This document shows positions 11,319-24,156 of a stretch of 38,384 nt of DNA, in pieces (positions within the stretch are counted from its first letter, which is position 1; every line of letters starts with the position of its first letter). The position numbers were made by a program, and so were the translations under genes. The notes beneath the pieces were generated by a model that ran no database searches, had not been told where the DNA came from, and saw only the letters and a list, made by a program, of their open reading frames with translations. The stretch is from Octopus sinensis (lineage: Eukaryota): the NCBI RefSeq assembly GCF_006345805.1, contig NW_021835707.1, positions 1 through 38,384 of the forward strand, given 5' to 3'.

Positions 11319-11320
<2 letters not shown>
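10447..11320 (-). mobile_element. Non-autonomous Helitron-like element (Lep1/DINE-1-like)
   Basis: Minus-strand 3' end ACTTGG-GCAACG-CCGGGT hairpin (10458-10475), then CTAT|T; internal AAATTTCAT.AA.AT motifs near 10545 and 11223; distal end runs into (TA)n. Distal boundary approximate. Confidence 0.45.
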
Positions 11321-11356
<36 letters not shown>

Positions 11357-11584
11357 AGGAAATAAAATCCAAAACTTACAAGGAAAAAAATTCAATTTAG
11401 AAGTACTAAATCAAGTTTCGCACAATATATATATATTATTATTTTATTTTTTGGCAATTTACTTAATCATTGACATTTTATTGCTATTTTAATGTTAATA
11501 TTTCTATTATAGGTAACTTTCTAGAGGGTGTAATTTAATTGTTCATTTTGAATTGATAAAAGATGGTTTTTTTCCAATTTTATT

Positions 11585-11610
<26 letters not shown>

Positions 11611-11615
<5 letters not shown>

Positions 11616-12790
11616 CTCTTACCTCTGCTGGTGACAAAAGGCCTCTCGCACAGAGTGAAAGGCAGACTGTATGATGCATGTGTACGAACAGCCATGCTAC
11701 ATGGCAGTGAAACATGGGCCGTGACTGCTGAGGATATGCGTAAGCTCGCAAGAAATGAAGCCAGCATGCTCCGATGGATGTGTAATGTCAGTGTTCATAA
11801 TCGACAGAGTGTAAGTACCTTGAGAGAAAAGCTGGACCTAAGAAGCATCAGTTGTGGTGTGCAAGAGAGACGATTGCACTGGTATGGTCATGTGGCGAGA
11901 ATGGATGAAGATAGTTGTGTGAAAAGTGCCACACCCTAGCAGTTGAGGGAACCTGTGGAAGAGGCAGACCCAGGAAAACCTGGGACGAGGTGGTGAAGCA
12001 CGACCTTCGAACTTTAGGTCTCACTGAGGAAATGACTAGAGACCGAGTCCTCTGGAAGTGTGTTGTGCGCGAGAAGACCCGGCAGGACAAGTGAGTCCAT
12101 AACCCGTGGCCTTCTACTTGGGATGGAGCCAGCCTACGTATGCATACCTTCCCTTCTTGGGACACAAAACTCTACTTGTGAAGACCTGTTGAGGCAAGTG
12201 AGGATCAGAATCGAAATCGATCAATGGAAATTGCAGATGTGTTACCAGTGCTGGTGGCATGTCGATACTCTACTTGTGAAGACCCGTTGAGGCAAGTGAG
12301 GATCAGAAATGGAAATCGATCAATGGAAATTGCAGATGTGTTACCAGTGCCGGTGGCATGTCGAAACTCTACTTGTGAAGACCCGTTGAGGCAAGTGAGG
12401 ATCAGAATGGAAATCGATCAATGGAAATTGCAGATGTGTTACCAGTGCCGGTGGCATGTAAGAGAACCTTCCGTTTCGCGACCGTTGCCTGCACCGCCCC
12501 GTTTCGTGTCCATTGCCAGCCTCGCCTGGCCCTTGTGCCGGTGGCACATAAAAAGCACCATCCATTCGTGGCCGTTTGCCAGCTCTGTCTGGCACCTGTG
12601 CGGGTGGCACGTAAAAAGCACCCACTACACTCACGGAGTGGTTGGCGTTAGGAAGGGCATCCAGCCGTAGAAACACTGCCAGATTTGACTGGGCCTGATG
12701 AAGCCTTCTGGCTTCACAGACCCCAGTAGAACCGTCCAACCCATGCTAGCATGGAAAACGGACGCTAAACGACGATGATGATGATGATGA
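11611..12790 (+). mobile_element. 5'-truncated RTE-clade LINE (RT C-terminus, long 3' UTR, (GAT)n tail)
   Basis: KGRLYDACVRTAMLHGSETW...RRLHWYGHVARM...GRGRPRKTWDEVVK; 3' end CCATGCTAGCATGGAAAACGGACGCTAAACGACGATGATGATG. Confidence 0.9.
12169..12460 (+). repeat. Three ~98-bp tandem units in the RTE 3' UTR
   Basis: ACTCTACTTGTGAAGACC.GTTGAGGCAAGTGAGGATCAG starts at 12169, 12267 and 12366. Confidence 0.9.
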
Positions 12791-13155
12791 TATTTATATA
12801 TATATAGATAGATAGATAGTTACATACATACATTCATACATACATACATACATACATACATAAATACATATAGATATACACACCACACACACATACAAAG
12901 ACAAATTGATAGATACAACTGAGTGGGCAAACAAAAATATGAGACACAGCCTAGTGCTTTATTTATGTCGATAAGCCTGGTACTTATTCTATTAGTTTGT
13001 TCTTGTGAAAACAGTCGGTTGTGAGGATGTAAATAAATGAACAGCAGTGATGAGGGTGAAACACAGAGACAAAGACACACACATACACTTACATATATAC
13101 ATACATATATATATACAGTTGATTTGTTTCAGTTCCTGTCTACGAAATCCATATA

Positions 13156-16100
13156 TGTTGTTGTTGGCATCCTTTTTGTCTCACGAGACAATGGAGTTGC
13201 GCATAAAATAATCTAGTCTGGCTTTTACATTTCATGTCCTAATACATCTCCTGCTTTGGCTGTGTAGTCCTATCCTGGACAAACAATCCCTCAAGCAGGT
13301 GCCGCAAATGTAGCGAAGACTTTGCCTGGCTGGTTGTAATGTCATAGTTTCTTCTTGACATCTTTTCTTGTTTTTCCATTTCTCCTCTCTCTCTATGTCA
13401 CTCCTTTGTGTTCCCTCTTTTACGGTACGTCGCCAATCTCCACGGTTGCTGGCAACTGCTTCTCAGTTGGTTATATTAATGTTGCAGGCCTTCATGTCCC
13501 TTTTGCAAACATCCTTGTATCGTAAGAACTATCTTCCCACAGACCTAGTGCCCCAAGCAAGCTCTCCATAGAGTATGTCCTTGGGGATTCTGCCATCTTC
13601 CATATGGCTAACATGTCCAAGCCACCTCATACGTCTTTGTGTGAGGAGTGCAAACAAGCTTGGTATTCCTGCTTGCTTGAGGATATCTTTGTTGGAGACA
13701 TGGTTCTGCCATTTGATGAGAAGGATTTTCCAGAGGCAATGCAGGTGAAAGATATCTAGGCGACGCTCTTGGCGTGTATATGGTGTCCAAGACTCACTTC
13801 CATACAGTAGAGTGCTAAGTACACATGCCTGGTAAGTCTTCATTTTTTTTGTCTTGGTCAGCTTATTGTTGTCCCATGCCCGTTTGGAGAGTTGGGCCAT
13901 CACAGCAGCTGCCTTGCCAATGCGTATATTTAGCTCAGCATCAAGGGATAGGTTGTAGGTGACGGTAGAGCCAAAATAAGTAAACTTCTCCACTTCCTGT
14001 AGTCTGTGGTCTCCAATATGTATGTTTGGGATGTCCAATGTAGCCTGACCCATGATGTTGGTCTTCTTGAGGCTGATAACTAAGCCAATGTCACTACATG
14101 CTTGCTCAAAACAGTTGATAAGCCTTTGCAAGGATTCTTCTGTGTGTGATACCAGAGCGGCATCATCAGCAAATAGTATTTCCTTGATCAGGACACTTTT
14201 GATTTTGGTCTTGGCACACAGACGCGAGAGAGTGAACAGTTTCCCATCACTTCTACGGTACAGAAAGATCCCATCATCTGATGTCTCAAAGGCATGTGAC
14301 AGCAGCAGTGAGAAGAAGATGCCAAATAATATAAGAGCAAGGAACAACCTTGCTTTACCCCATTTTTTATTTGGAAGGCGGCTGATGTTGAACCGTTGTG
14401 CTGTATGATGTCTTGCATATCATCATGGAAAGATTTGATGATCCCCAGCAGCTTTAGTGGACATCCGATTTATTGGAGCAGGATGAAGAGGACTTTTCTA
14501 CTTACCAAGTCAAAGGCTTTTGTCAGATCAATGAAGACCATATCTAATGACATTTTCTGCTGTCTGGACTTCTCCTGAAGTTGGCGTATGGAGAATATCA
14601 TGTCAATAGTTGATCTGCTTCTTCTAAAGCCACACTGTGATTCTGAATAAATTTGAGAAGTAAGCAGTTGTAGCCTGGACAGGATAACGTGAGCAAAGGT
14701 CTTTCCAACAGTGCTTAGAAGAGATATTCCACGGTAATTGTTACAATTACCACGGTCACCTTTGTTTTTGTAAAGCGTAATGATGTTGGCATCCTGCATA
14801 TCCTGATCGACTGTACTCTCTTCCCAGCACTGATACAGAAGCTCATGAAGGTGCTGAAGCAGGATGGTGTTTTTGCCGGTTTTGATGATCTCTAAGGGGA
14901 TGCCATCTTTTCCCGGAACCTTGTTACTTGCTAGGGAGTCAATAGCCTTGGTGAGTTCTGCTATAGATGGCAGACTGTCAAGTTCACACATGACTGGCAA
15001 GATCTTGACACCCTCGATTGCAGACTCAGCTACCGTGGTCTCCCGTGAGTAGAAATCCTGGTAGTACTCCACTCATCTATCCATTTGCTTGCTTTGGTCC
15101 TTCATGAGATCTCCAGTAGTTGATTTCAGAGGGGCTGACTTAGTTGCGGATGGACCGAGGGCCTTCTCAAACCGGCATACATCCCACAGGTGTCGCCACT
15201 GTCAGCAGCTGACTGGATACTCTGACAGATTTCCTGCCAATACCTATTTGCACGGCGTCTGGCAGTCAGTTGGGTTTTATTTCTTGCCTTTCTGAGTTCT
15301 TTGAGTGACTTTGTAGAAGAATCACTCTTGTATTGCATCAGAGTTGCACGCTTTGGTTCGATAACTGGTTCCAGCTCTGAGAGCCCAGCACTGAACCAAT
15401 CTGGGTTTTGCCTTTCTCTCATGCCGAAAGTATCTATTGATGTGGTATACAAAGCTTCCCCGATATAATTCCAGGGAAGCTTTCAGCAGAGGAGTTTGGG
15501 CAGCTACTGAGGGCAAACTTGGTAAAAACAGCAAAACATTTTTGTAGGGTCCGAGGTTCTGGCAGTGTATTTTTTCAATTCAATTCAATTTTTATTGGCT
15601 CAAAAAGCAAAAGCAAGGCCATGTAGGGGGACAGGGAGTTATGTACAGGGAGGGTGGTCATACAAAGAGTTCAGGCTATTTCTGGTCAAGAGAGACTTTG
15701 AACCGAGCAGTCGTCGGCATCTTCACTACCTCATCCGGCAGCTTATTCCACGGATCCTCAACCCGGACGGAGAAAGCCTCTCTCCTTCGATTGAGATGAA
15801 ATCGTCATAGATAGAGCTTTTCAGAGTGACCCTGCAACCCACGCTCTGGAGCAGGAGTGAAGAACAGCTCTTTTGAGAGGTTACACTTTCCGCTTATGAT
15901 GTTGTGAGCAAGAATGAGATCACCACGGCGTCGTCGTTTTTCTAGAGAATAAAGGTCGAGCGTCTACAGCCTTTCTTCATAAGACAAATGCTTGAGACCA
16001 AGAACCATGCGGGTAGCCAGCTTCTGGACTCTTTCGAGATGATGTATGTCTTTGAGGAGATAAGGAGAAGAAGCTTGAATCCCGTACTCCAATATGGGTC

Positions 16101-16500
16101 TCATCAGCGTGACATAGAGCGGTAGGAATATGGCTGCTGTGAGCATTCCGAATGACCGTCGAATTAAAAACTGAACTCTGCATGCTTTGTTGGCGTGTTA
16201 ATGCGTGGTCGGCCCATTTTCTTGGAGTGATGGACTTTTTTAGGCAGAATCTTCACCCTGCTTCTTATTAGTGAATGATCTGTGTCACAATCCACACTGT
16301 GGTAACTACGGGTAAATTGAACAGAATTCAGAAAGGATCTTCGTGTAATGATGAGATCCAGCTGATGCCAGTGGTGAGATCTTGGATGTCTCCAAGATGC
16401 CTTGTGGGATGTCTAGCTGGCAAAGAATGTGTTGGTGATGCACAGGTTATGGTATGTGCAAAATTCAAGTAGTCTCTGACCATTGTCATTCATGTTGCCA
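13156..16500 (-). mobile_element. Degenerate BovB-like RTE LINE, interrupted by a CR1 fragment
   Basis: APE pieces at 16200-16500 (NDNGQRLLEF, HWHQLDLI, DCDTDHS); RT pieces NNYRGISLLS, QCGFRRSRSTIDMIF, FIDLTKAFD, LFADD, STLLYGSESW, RMRWLGHV; C-terminal YICGTCLRDCLSRIGLHS; (CAA)n tail at 13156-13167. Confidence 0.88.
15569..16194 (-). mobile_element. 5'-truncated CR1 3' fragment, same family as 226-4650, with (TTGAA)n tail
   Basis: Collinear with about 257-855; flanked by GTGT at 15565-15568 and 16195-16198; removing it restores the RTE reading GRPRINTARTSDP. Confidence 0.9.
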
Positions 16501-16526
16501 AAACCAAAACACATACACTTACACAT

Positions 16527-17040
16527 ATCATCATTTAACGTCCGTTTTCCATGCTAGCATGGTTTGAACGGTTCAACCGGTGTCTGGTGAGCCATGGAGG
16601 CTGCACCAGGCTCTAGTCTGATTTGGCAGTGTGTCTACAGCTGGATGCCCTTCCTAACACCAACCACTCCGTGAGTGTAGTGAGTGTTTTTTACGTGCCA
16701 CTGGCACAGGAGCCAGAGTAGGCTGGCAAATGGCCACGATTGGTTGGTGCTTTTACATGTCACCAATACAGACGCTAGTCAGGCGATACCAGTATCTGCC
16801 ACGTTCGAACGGTACTTATTACGTGTTACTGGCATGGGTGTCTTAACTACAATTTCCATGCATATTTTCAGTGTTTATTGCTCCTGAGCATCTGCCACAT
16901 ACAAAAACTATCTTCCCAGTTGGCCTTCCTTTGATATTACTGAACCACTTATGTGTCCATAGCTTATACTGGGTACATCTTGTAAAGTTTCTACCTATGC
17001 CTTTCCTACAGATCGAGCAGAGCCATCTACATGAAGGGAT
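16527..17040 (-). mobile_element. Internally deleted RTE copy (3' UTR joined to a mid-RT segment)
   Basis: 16527-16860 matches the RTE 3' UTR; 16860-17040 matches RT-region sequence at about 23070-23225. Confidence 0.7.
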
Positions 17041-17052
17041 TTATATATATAT

Positions 17053-17263
17053 ATATCAACAATTGAGGGTAAAATTAATTAATCAATTTCACCAAGTGTT
17101 CAGTATGTAAAAGGACCATTTAAGGTGAATTCAAAGTAATTTATTTTATTTTACTAAGCCCTAATTATATAATGTAATATTTTGAATTCGCCTTAAATGG
17201 TCCTTTTACATACTGAACACTTGGTGAAATTGATTAATTAATTTTACCCTCAATTGTTGATAT
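17053..17263. repeat. 83-bp inverted repeat with 45-bp spacer
   Basis: 17053-17135 versus 17181-17263, one mismatch (17126/17190). Confidence 0.93.
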
Positions 17264-17481
17264 TATAATTCATTTCTCTCTGTCATACTGCCTCGGTTCT
17301 CGCGGTTAAAACATAGTGTTTGCTAGATAGACCACGTGGGTGGCAAAGGAGTGCAGAGATTTACGCCTGCGCATTTTGAATTTGTTAGCACTGTCAGTCG
17401 GAGCTGGTTCATTTGAAGCGACAAGTTCGCAGATAGGTAAGGTTCCTTCTTTTTAGTGTTTCCAAATCCAAATTAAGAAAT

Positions 17482-17544
17482 TTTGAGCTGACGAAAGAAA
17501 TGCTGATTTTACTTGGCTAATCTTGAAACGTTAACGTACTCAAA
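17482..17544 (+). ncRNA. Type I hammerhead ribozyme (PLE-type, palindromic stem III)
   Basis: Stem I TTTGAG/CTCAAA; core CTGACGA (17488-17494); stem II AAGA/TCTT with a further GCTGA/TTGGC helix; GAAA (17525-17528); stem III CGTTAACG; GUA triplet, predicted cleavage after 17538. Confidence 0.8.
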
Positions 17545-17731
17545 CGATCTATGTACTTGTGATATTTTTCTGTATTTACCTCCAAACCTTCGTGAGCTGT
17601 CTGGAGTAAACATTATCTGAGAGAAATTTTCTTTAAGTAGTAGAAACGGCTAAAAAAACTTTTTTTGGCTGCTATTTCTACTAAGTTCAGTATGTGGCAA
17701 AGTAATTTATTTTATTTTACTAAGCCCTAAT

Positions 17732-17771
<40 letters not shown>

Positions 17772-17773
17772 AT

Positions 17774-18103
17774 AAAATAGTAAAAAAGTGAAAAAAACTA
17801 CAGAAGGCTTGTTTTAAAAGGTTAAAAAATATATTTGAGTCATTATGTCAGAAGAATGTTATAAAATTTTTTCATACAGTGACATAGTTTTTGAAGAAAT
17901 TACCGTCTTCTTTGCACTTCATAACGAAGACATAACACGATGTTTTGAGAAATTTGAGAAGTTAACACGAAACCGGTAATTTCTTCAAAAACTATGTCAT
18001 GGTATGAAAAAATTTTATAACATTCTTCTGACATAATGACTCAAATATATTTTTTAACCTTTTAAAACAAGCCTTCTGTAGTTTTTTCACTTTTTACTAT
18101 TTT
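17774..18103. repeat. ~130-bp inverted repeat with 68-bp spacer
   Basis: 17774-17905 versus 17974-18103, near-identical apart from a few indels or substitutions. Confidence 0.92.
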
Positions 18104-18155
18104 CTATATATTCAACCACGTGCTTTCTCACCTATATATATATATATATATATAT

Positions 18156-18290
18156 GATGGGCTTTCAGTTATATCTGCCACATCTATTCAGAATACTTTG
18201 GTTGATCTGGAGCTATAGTATAACATACTTGCTTAAGGTGCCATGCAGTGAAACTGAACCCAAAGCTACATGTTTGGAACACAAACTTCT
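18156..18290 (-). mobile_element. Decayed SINE-like fragment
   Basis: Pattern recognition only: CTATAGTA..ACATACTTGC.TAAGGTGCCA.GCAGTG..ACTGAACCC resembles the reverse complement of tRNA-derived mollusc SINEs. No search done. Confidence 0.3.
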
Positions 18291-21200
18291 AAGCTCTGTC
18301 TGCATTTAACTCTTAAATCACACAGCCATAACTGTGCCAATATATAGTAGCCATGAAAATAGATGTAGGCTAGTCAGGTTCAAATTAATCTGCTAGAAAT
18401 AGCAGCCAAATTCACCTCAAATCACCACTTATCACCTTAAGAACGGAAAATGAAGCTGCAAAAACAATATGAAATATCAACATATGCAACACCTTTAAAC
18501 ATAATTTATTAGCACTGGCCTTAGGATTAAACAGCAATAGTTATGATTAAATTCTACAGTGGATACAAATTTATCTCAATTAAAAATTCTGAATAAAAAT
18601 GTTTATATAAGAGACATATTGTTACTTACCACAGAAGCATTGTGCAAGGAACAAGTATTTCAAATATAACGGGTTAAATTCCATTATCTACAAAGAAAAT
18701 GATAAATACTGATAGGAACAATTTCTACAAATAGTCCGTGATGCAAAATAATAGTGTAAAAAATAATTCAACATAAATCATAGGAACTTGTCTTTGCAAA
18801 AACAGGAACCCATGAGCAAGTATTATCGTGGTGAAATTATGAAGAGCAGTATAGAGGATAAGTAATAAAAACACTAGACACAGTTAATCTGAAAAATACA
18901 AAGAAAAAACAAAAAGCAACATCAGTGTTTTGTTTAGTCATATCTTTAGCATCTTCCATTACACTCTCTCTTTCAAATACCTCAGAACATCCAAGTAAAA
19001 TATGATTTTCTATAGGGGTCACTATGAAATTTTGAAACTATTTAAATGTAATTTCTACTGTACATTTTCTTGGAGAGCATTTTGATACTTCATTCGTGAA
19101 ATTTGAATGAATATTTTAGGAGACATGACGACTTAGGTGGCCAGTGAATTTGTTAAAATCTTGCCTAATTAGCCTACATGAATAATTGACCATTTTGTAA
19201 TATATCTTTGAAACTAAGGTGATAACCAACTTTGTATTACACAAATAGGTGGCTTTCTTTTTCTTTCTATTTATTTTCAGGTTTTTGAATATAAAACTTT
19301 GTTTTGGGAGCAATTTTAAAAATATTTATGTAAAACCTATTTTGTTACATGTAACAAACAGTCAATTTCAGGGTTTTCAGACTTAGCTAAATTCAAAAGT
19401 ACAAGTCACAAGGACTTGAGTTTTGGTATATTTGTAATAGATACAAGCTAAATAAATCCTGAGATTTGGGATCATGACACCATTTCAATACAATTTTGAT
19501 GGACTATTAAAAATAGCTATAAGCAGCAGAGTTTGGGGTCAGGATGTCCATCTAAGCTGAATTTTGATGGGGATTTTTCCAATTTTCTTTTCACCACCGC
19601 CTTGGATATGACAGGGCAAGGTATGTTATAGAAAAATTTATTGAAAATCTATGATTTTTTCCAACCTCCTTCCCTCCCCTCTGGACTGATTTTGGTCTCT
19701 TCTTTTCTGTACAATGCACTTAAAAAAACAAGAGAAACGTTTTGGTTATGAAATGATCTTTGAAAACATTTTCAAATGAAAAAGTGTATGATTTACAGAA
19801 GATTTAGCTGTTGCTTCTAGCACATGACATGATGACCTGGCACCTTTCTCAGAATTGCATGTAGACCCAGATTAAAAGACAAACAAAATGTGAAATCTAA
19901 TTCCTTGCTTTAGCATTAAAAGCTTGAATTAAAGATATTAAAAACATCTGTAACATAGCAAACTTGTTAGTAGGAGAGAGAGACAAAAACCTAAAATGAA
20001 TATGTAAATACTACTACAAATTATCCAACTATATTCAAAATTGGGAAAGAAAATGCTTCATATTGAACCTAAATAGTCTACAAAATAATATTCATTGTAC
20101 GATATATTGTGTTTGCAAAATTTGACCAATATTTCTCAAAGGACAATGAAATTTACATGTACAAGAATATCCACAAGGTATAAGTCAGACATCAATCTCT
20201 ACACTTTGTTACACAACAAAAGGGAATAAAGATTCACAATACAATCATTCTATGCTAATTATGGGTTCTAGAAGTCTGAAGCAGCTCAATTTAGTGCACT
20301 TTTCTATAGAAATATGTTTACTTAGTAATTAGTTAATTTCTTGAAACTCTGGCTCAAACCAGAGCCTTGGATTCTGAAACCTCAGATTTGTGTTCTGTTT
20401 GACCTCTCACCACAGAGACTAGTAGTGTCAGTGTACCACTCTCTTTATTGACTATGCACTTTTTCACCATACTGTGGCCAGATTCAGCAATGATCATATC
20501 TGACTGGCAAGTAATTTTTCTTTCTTATGACATAAAAATCTTGAAGAAAATGTATTATTTTCTAAGTGAAAGTTGATGATAAAATTTTCACTTTTATATG
20601 TCATAGGGATTATTTGACTTACTTTCATTGATTTTTATATCAAAATAAAGCAGTAAAAGTCCTTTTCATGACAGTATGGTCTGCAAAAGAATCAAGTAAT
20701 ACTGTTCCACCACACTGAACAAAGATGAGAGCTACCTTTCAGTAGTCAAAATAATAAAAAAAAAGGACAAACTTTGTGAATGGGTGGAGATATCAGGGTG
20801 ATTGAAGGAAAATGGCATAAAATGCCATGAGTCGGATTTTGATTCAAATTATATGAAAAGAAAGTTCACATAGAAAACTTTCAAATAAAATATGATTTTG
20901 ACAAAAAAAATGATCAAGCAAACAGTGTATTCTTGTATTGTCAAACCGTACTTGTCTCCCTCCTATGGTGCTTTATAGTGATAGCTTTCCAGAGTCAGCA
21001 CTGCCAGTTACAACATTTGCGAATGAATATGTCTATGTAAACAATACAATTGAAGAGAGAAAATATAGGTAATGGATGCATTTACATAATTCAAGAGTTA
21101 TTGCTCTTTCATAAACACCACATCCAACCCACCAACAGTCCATGGATACATTGCTTAAATACCCAATAAGTTCAACAGTGTGACACAACTGGATAGACTA

Positions 21201-22309
21201 ATTTACATATTAAACGCATTCCTGGCAAACAGTACACACATATAAATTGCTAGCAAGGTCAGATTATATATCATTTTGCAACCATAATATACGATACTAT
21301 ACTTAGACTAGTATAGTATACTATTACACATCCAGCAGACTATGTTCAGTTCATTTAATTTTACTCTTCATAAATCTACACTCAAAGAGGCCCATGTCTC
21401 ACTTTTAAACAGCATCACACTTCATATACAAGCATCATGTAATCCATCTTACACTCTGAGAAAAAAACCCTTTGTTGCCAGCAGAGGTAATAACTTCTTG
21501 AACTTCTTACCTTTACTACTATGCTCTCTGATCCCCTGCCCTTTTCATTAATTAGGTAATATAAGTTATTAACTAATCCTAGACAGCTCATCAACCACTC
21601 TATAGAATGATATGAGTGAAATTTTAGTAGTGATTGCCTTCTACACTGTAAGGTGAAAGAGACTTTACCAGCTGAATAGTTAGACAGAACAGTGTTGGGG
21701 GAAATAGCATGAGTGAGAGAGGATAGTAAGAGTGTGACTGAAATAAGAGGGCAAGTAGATAAGTAAGTGATAACCATGGATTAAGAAATCTGATACAAAT
21801 GAATTGTTCAATGTTCCCATCCCACAATGTTGGTCTACACCTAAACAATGGATTGGGAATTTCTCATGGCCGCAATGATCATACTCACTACCTTTAGTCA
21901 ATTAAGCCTCAAAATCACAGTCATGACCGATTTGTTAAAAGTCAATTTTAAGATGTTTCCCGAGATCTAAACTTTCACTCTAATAAACCATATCATAAAC
22001 GCAACAAGAAACTTAACTGCACTCACAAACAGTTTTGCTACCAGGTTTAGAAACCTGATAGCTAAACATTAATAGCAGGATATTCAACCTCTCTCCTCTA
22101 AAGAGATTTTTGATAAGCCTCTTACTATGAAAATGTCCTAGGTAATGGTAGCTTCAAAGATAATTTATATTACAACTTTTCTAGTAATAATATGAATAAT
22201 AAAAGATACACCTTAGAATAGGAAATTAATTTGGTTTGCCCTCACTCTCCCAAAATGTTAAAGCTAATTTAGTTTTAAAATTCCTCTCTCTCTTAGATAA
22301 GCGTTTCCC

Positions 22310-24050
22310 AGAAAATCACAGCTACAATTTCCATTGATGTTGATCGATTTTGATTTTGATTTTGATTTTCACTTGCCTCAACAGGTCTTCACAAGTAGAG
22401 TTTTGTGTCCCAAGAAGGAAAAGTATGCATAAGTGGACTGAGGTCACGGGTTATGGTCTCACTTGTTCTGCCGGGTCTTCTCACACACAGCATACTTCCA
22501 AAGGTCTCGATCTCTAGTTATTTCCTCAGAGAGACCTTAAAGGTCGTGCTTCACCACCTCGTCCCAGGTTTTCCTGGGTCTACTTCTTCCACAGGTTCCC
22601 TCAACCATTAGGGTGAGTCACTTTTTCACACAACTATCTTCAGCCATTCTCGCCACATGACCATACCAGCGCAAACGTCTCTCTTGCACACCAACTTTTC
22701 TCTCAAGGTATTTACACTCTGTCAAGTATGAACACTGACATTACACATCCATCGGAGCATACTGTCTTCATTTCTTGCGAGCTTACACATATCCTCAGCA
22801 GTCATGGCCCATGTTTCACTACCATGTAGCATGGCTGTTCATACACATGCGTCATACAGTCTGCCTTTTACTTTGAGCGACAGGCTTTTTGTCCCTAGCA
22901 GAGGTAAGAGCTCTCTGAAGTTTGCCCAGGCTATTCTTACTCTAGTAGTTACCCTTTCAACACACCCGCCCCCGCTACTAATTTGGTCACCTAGGTAACG
23001 GAAGCTATCAACTACTTCTAGTTTTTCTCCCTGGAATGTAGTGGAAGTTGGTCTCTGCGCATTTTCAGGGTTTATTGCTCTTAAGCATCTGCCACATACA
23101 AAACTATCTTCTTAGCCTTCCCTTGACATTGCTGCACCTCTTATGTGTCCATAGCTTACACATGGTGCATCTTATAGAGTTTCTACCTCACCTTTTCTAC
23201 AGATCGAGCAGGGCCATCTACCTGAAGGCGTTTGTGACTTGTCTACCTTCCTACTTATTAGGACTTTGGTTTTAGCTAGGTTGACTCTAAGGATTCTAAT
23301 CCTTGCTTCCACACCTGGAACTTCTCCTCCAGGTCTGATAGTGACTCAGCAATTTGAGCAAGGTCATCAGTGTACAGGAGCTCCCAGCAGCATCCTGTCT
23401 TGAATTCCTCTGTTATTGCCTGGAGGACTATGATAAATAGGAGGGGGCTGAGGACTGGACCTTGGTGGACCCCTACCTCTACCCGGAATTCTTCACTGAA
23501 CTCGTTGCTAACCCTCACCTTACTAGCAGTGTCCCTGTACATGGCTTGCACAGCTTTCACTAACCATTCATCTATCCCTAGTTTCCTCATTGACCCCCAG
23601 ATAAGGGATCAGAGGACCCTGTCGAAGGCTTTCTCCATGTCAACGAAAGTGAGGTACAGGGGCTTATCTTTGGCTAGATATTTCTCCTGCAGCTGTCTTA
23701 CCAGGAATATGACATCAGTGGTGCTTTTCACTGGCACGAACCCAAACTGCATCTCATCTAAACTAACTCTCTCTCTAATTAGTTGGGCTATGACCCTCTC
23801 AGTAACCTTCATTACCTGATCCAACAGCTTGATACCTCTGTAATTATTTGTATCTAGGGCGTCACATTTACCTTTGTAGCAGTTGACTATTATGCTGCTA
23901 CACCAGTCATTGGGTATGACTCCTTCGTGTATCACCTGGTTAACTATACGGGCGACTAGGCTATAGCCAACACTACCAGATATTTTGAGCATCTCTGCAG
24001 TAATTCCTGATGGGCCTGGGGCTTTCCCTGTTTTCATGCTTCTAATTGCC
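22310..24050 (-). mobile_element. RTE-clade LINE, same family as 11611-12790 (RT core to partial 3' UTR)
   Basis: KAPGPSGI, NNYRGIKLL, QFGFVP, FVDMEKAFDRV, GVHQGPVLSPLLF, YTDDL; 22310-22920 is homologous to 11611-12240. Confidence 0.9.
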
Positions 24051-24107
24051 TTATATAAAACTATATACTGTGTACATTAAACAACATACATATATATATT
24101 ATATATA

Positions 24108-24156
<49 letters not shown>

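Noticed and set aside
12169-12460. Regularly spaced repeats as a possible CRISPR array
   Set aside because: Contiguous tandem units without unique spacers, inside a eukaryotic LINE UTR; no cas genes.
17210-17235. CTGAA-CAC-TTG-GTG-AAA as a hammerhead
   Set aside because: Lacks G8-A9 and a stem III/UH site.
20948-21068. Exon-like segments on either strand
   Set aside because: The minus-strand 81-nt candidate has stops in all three frames; the plus-strand 90-nt candidate gives no recognisable peptide and has no partner exons.
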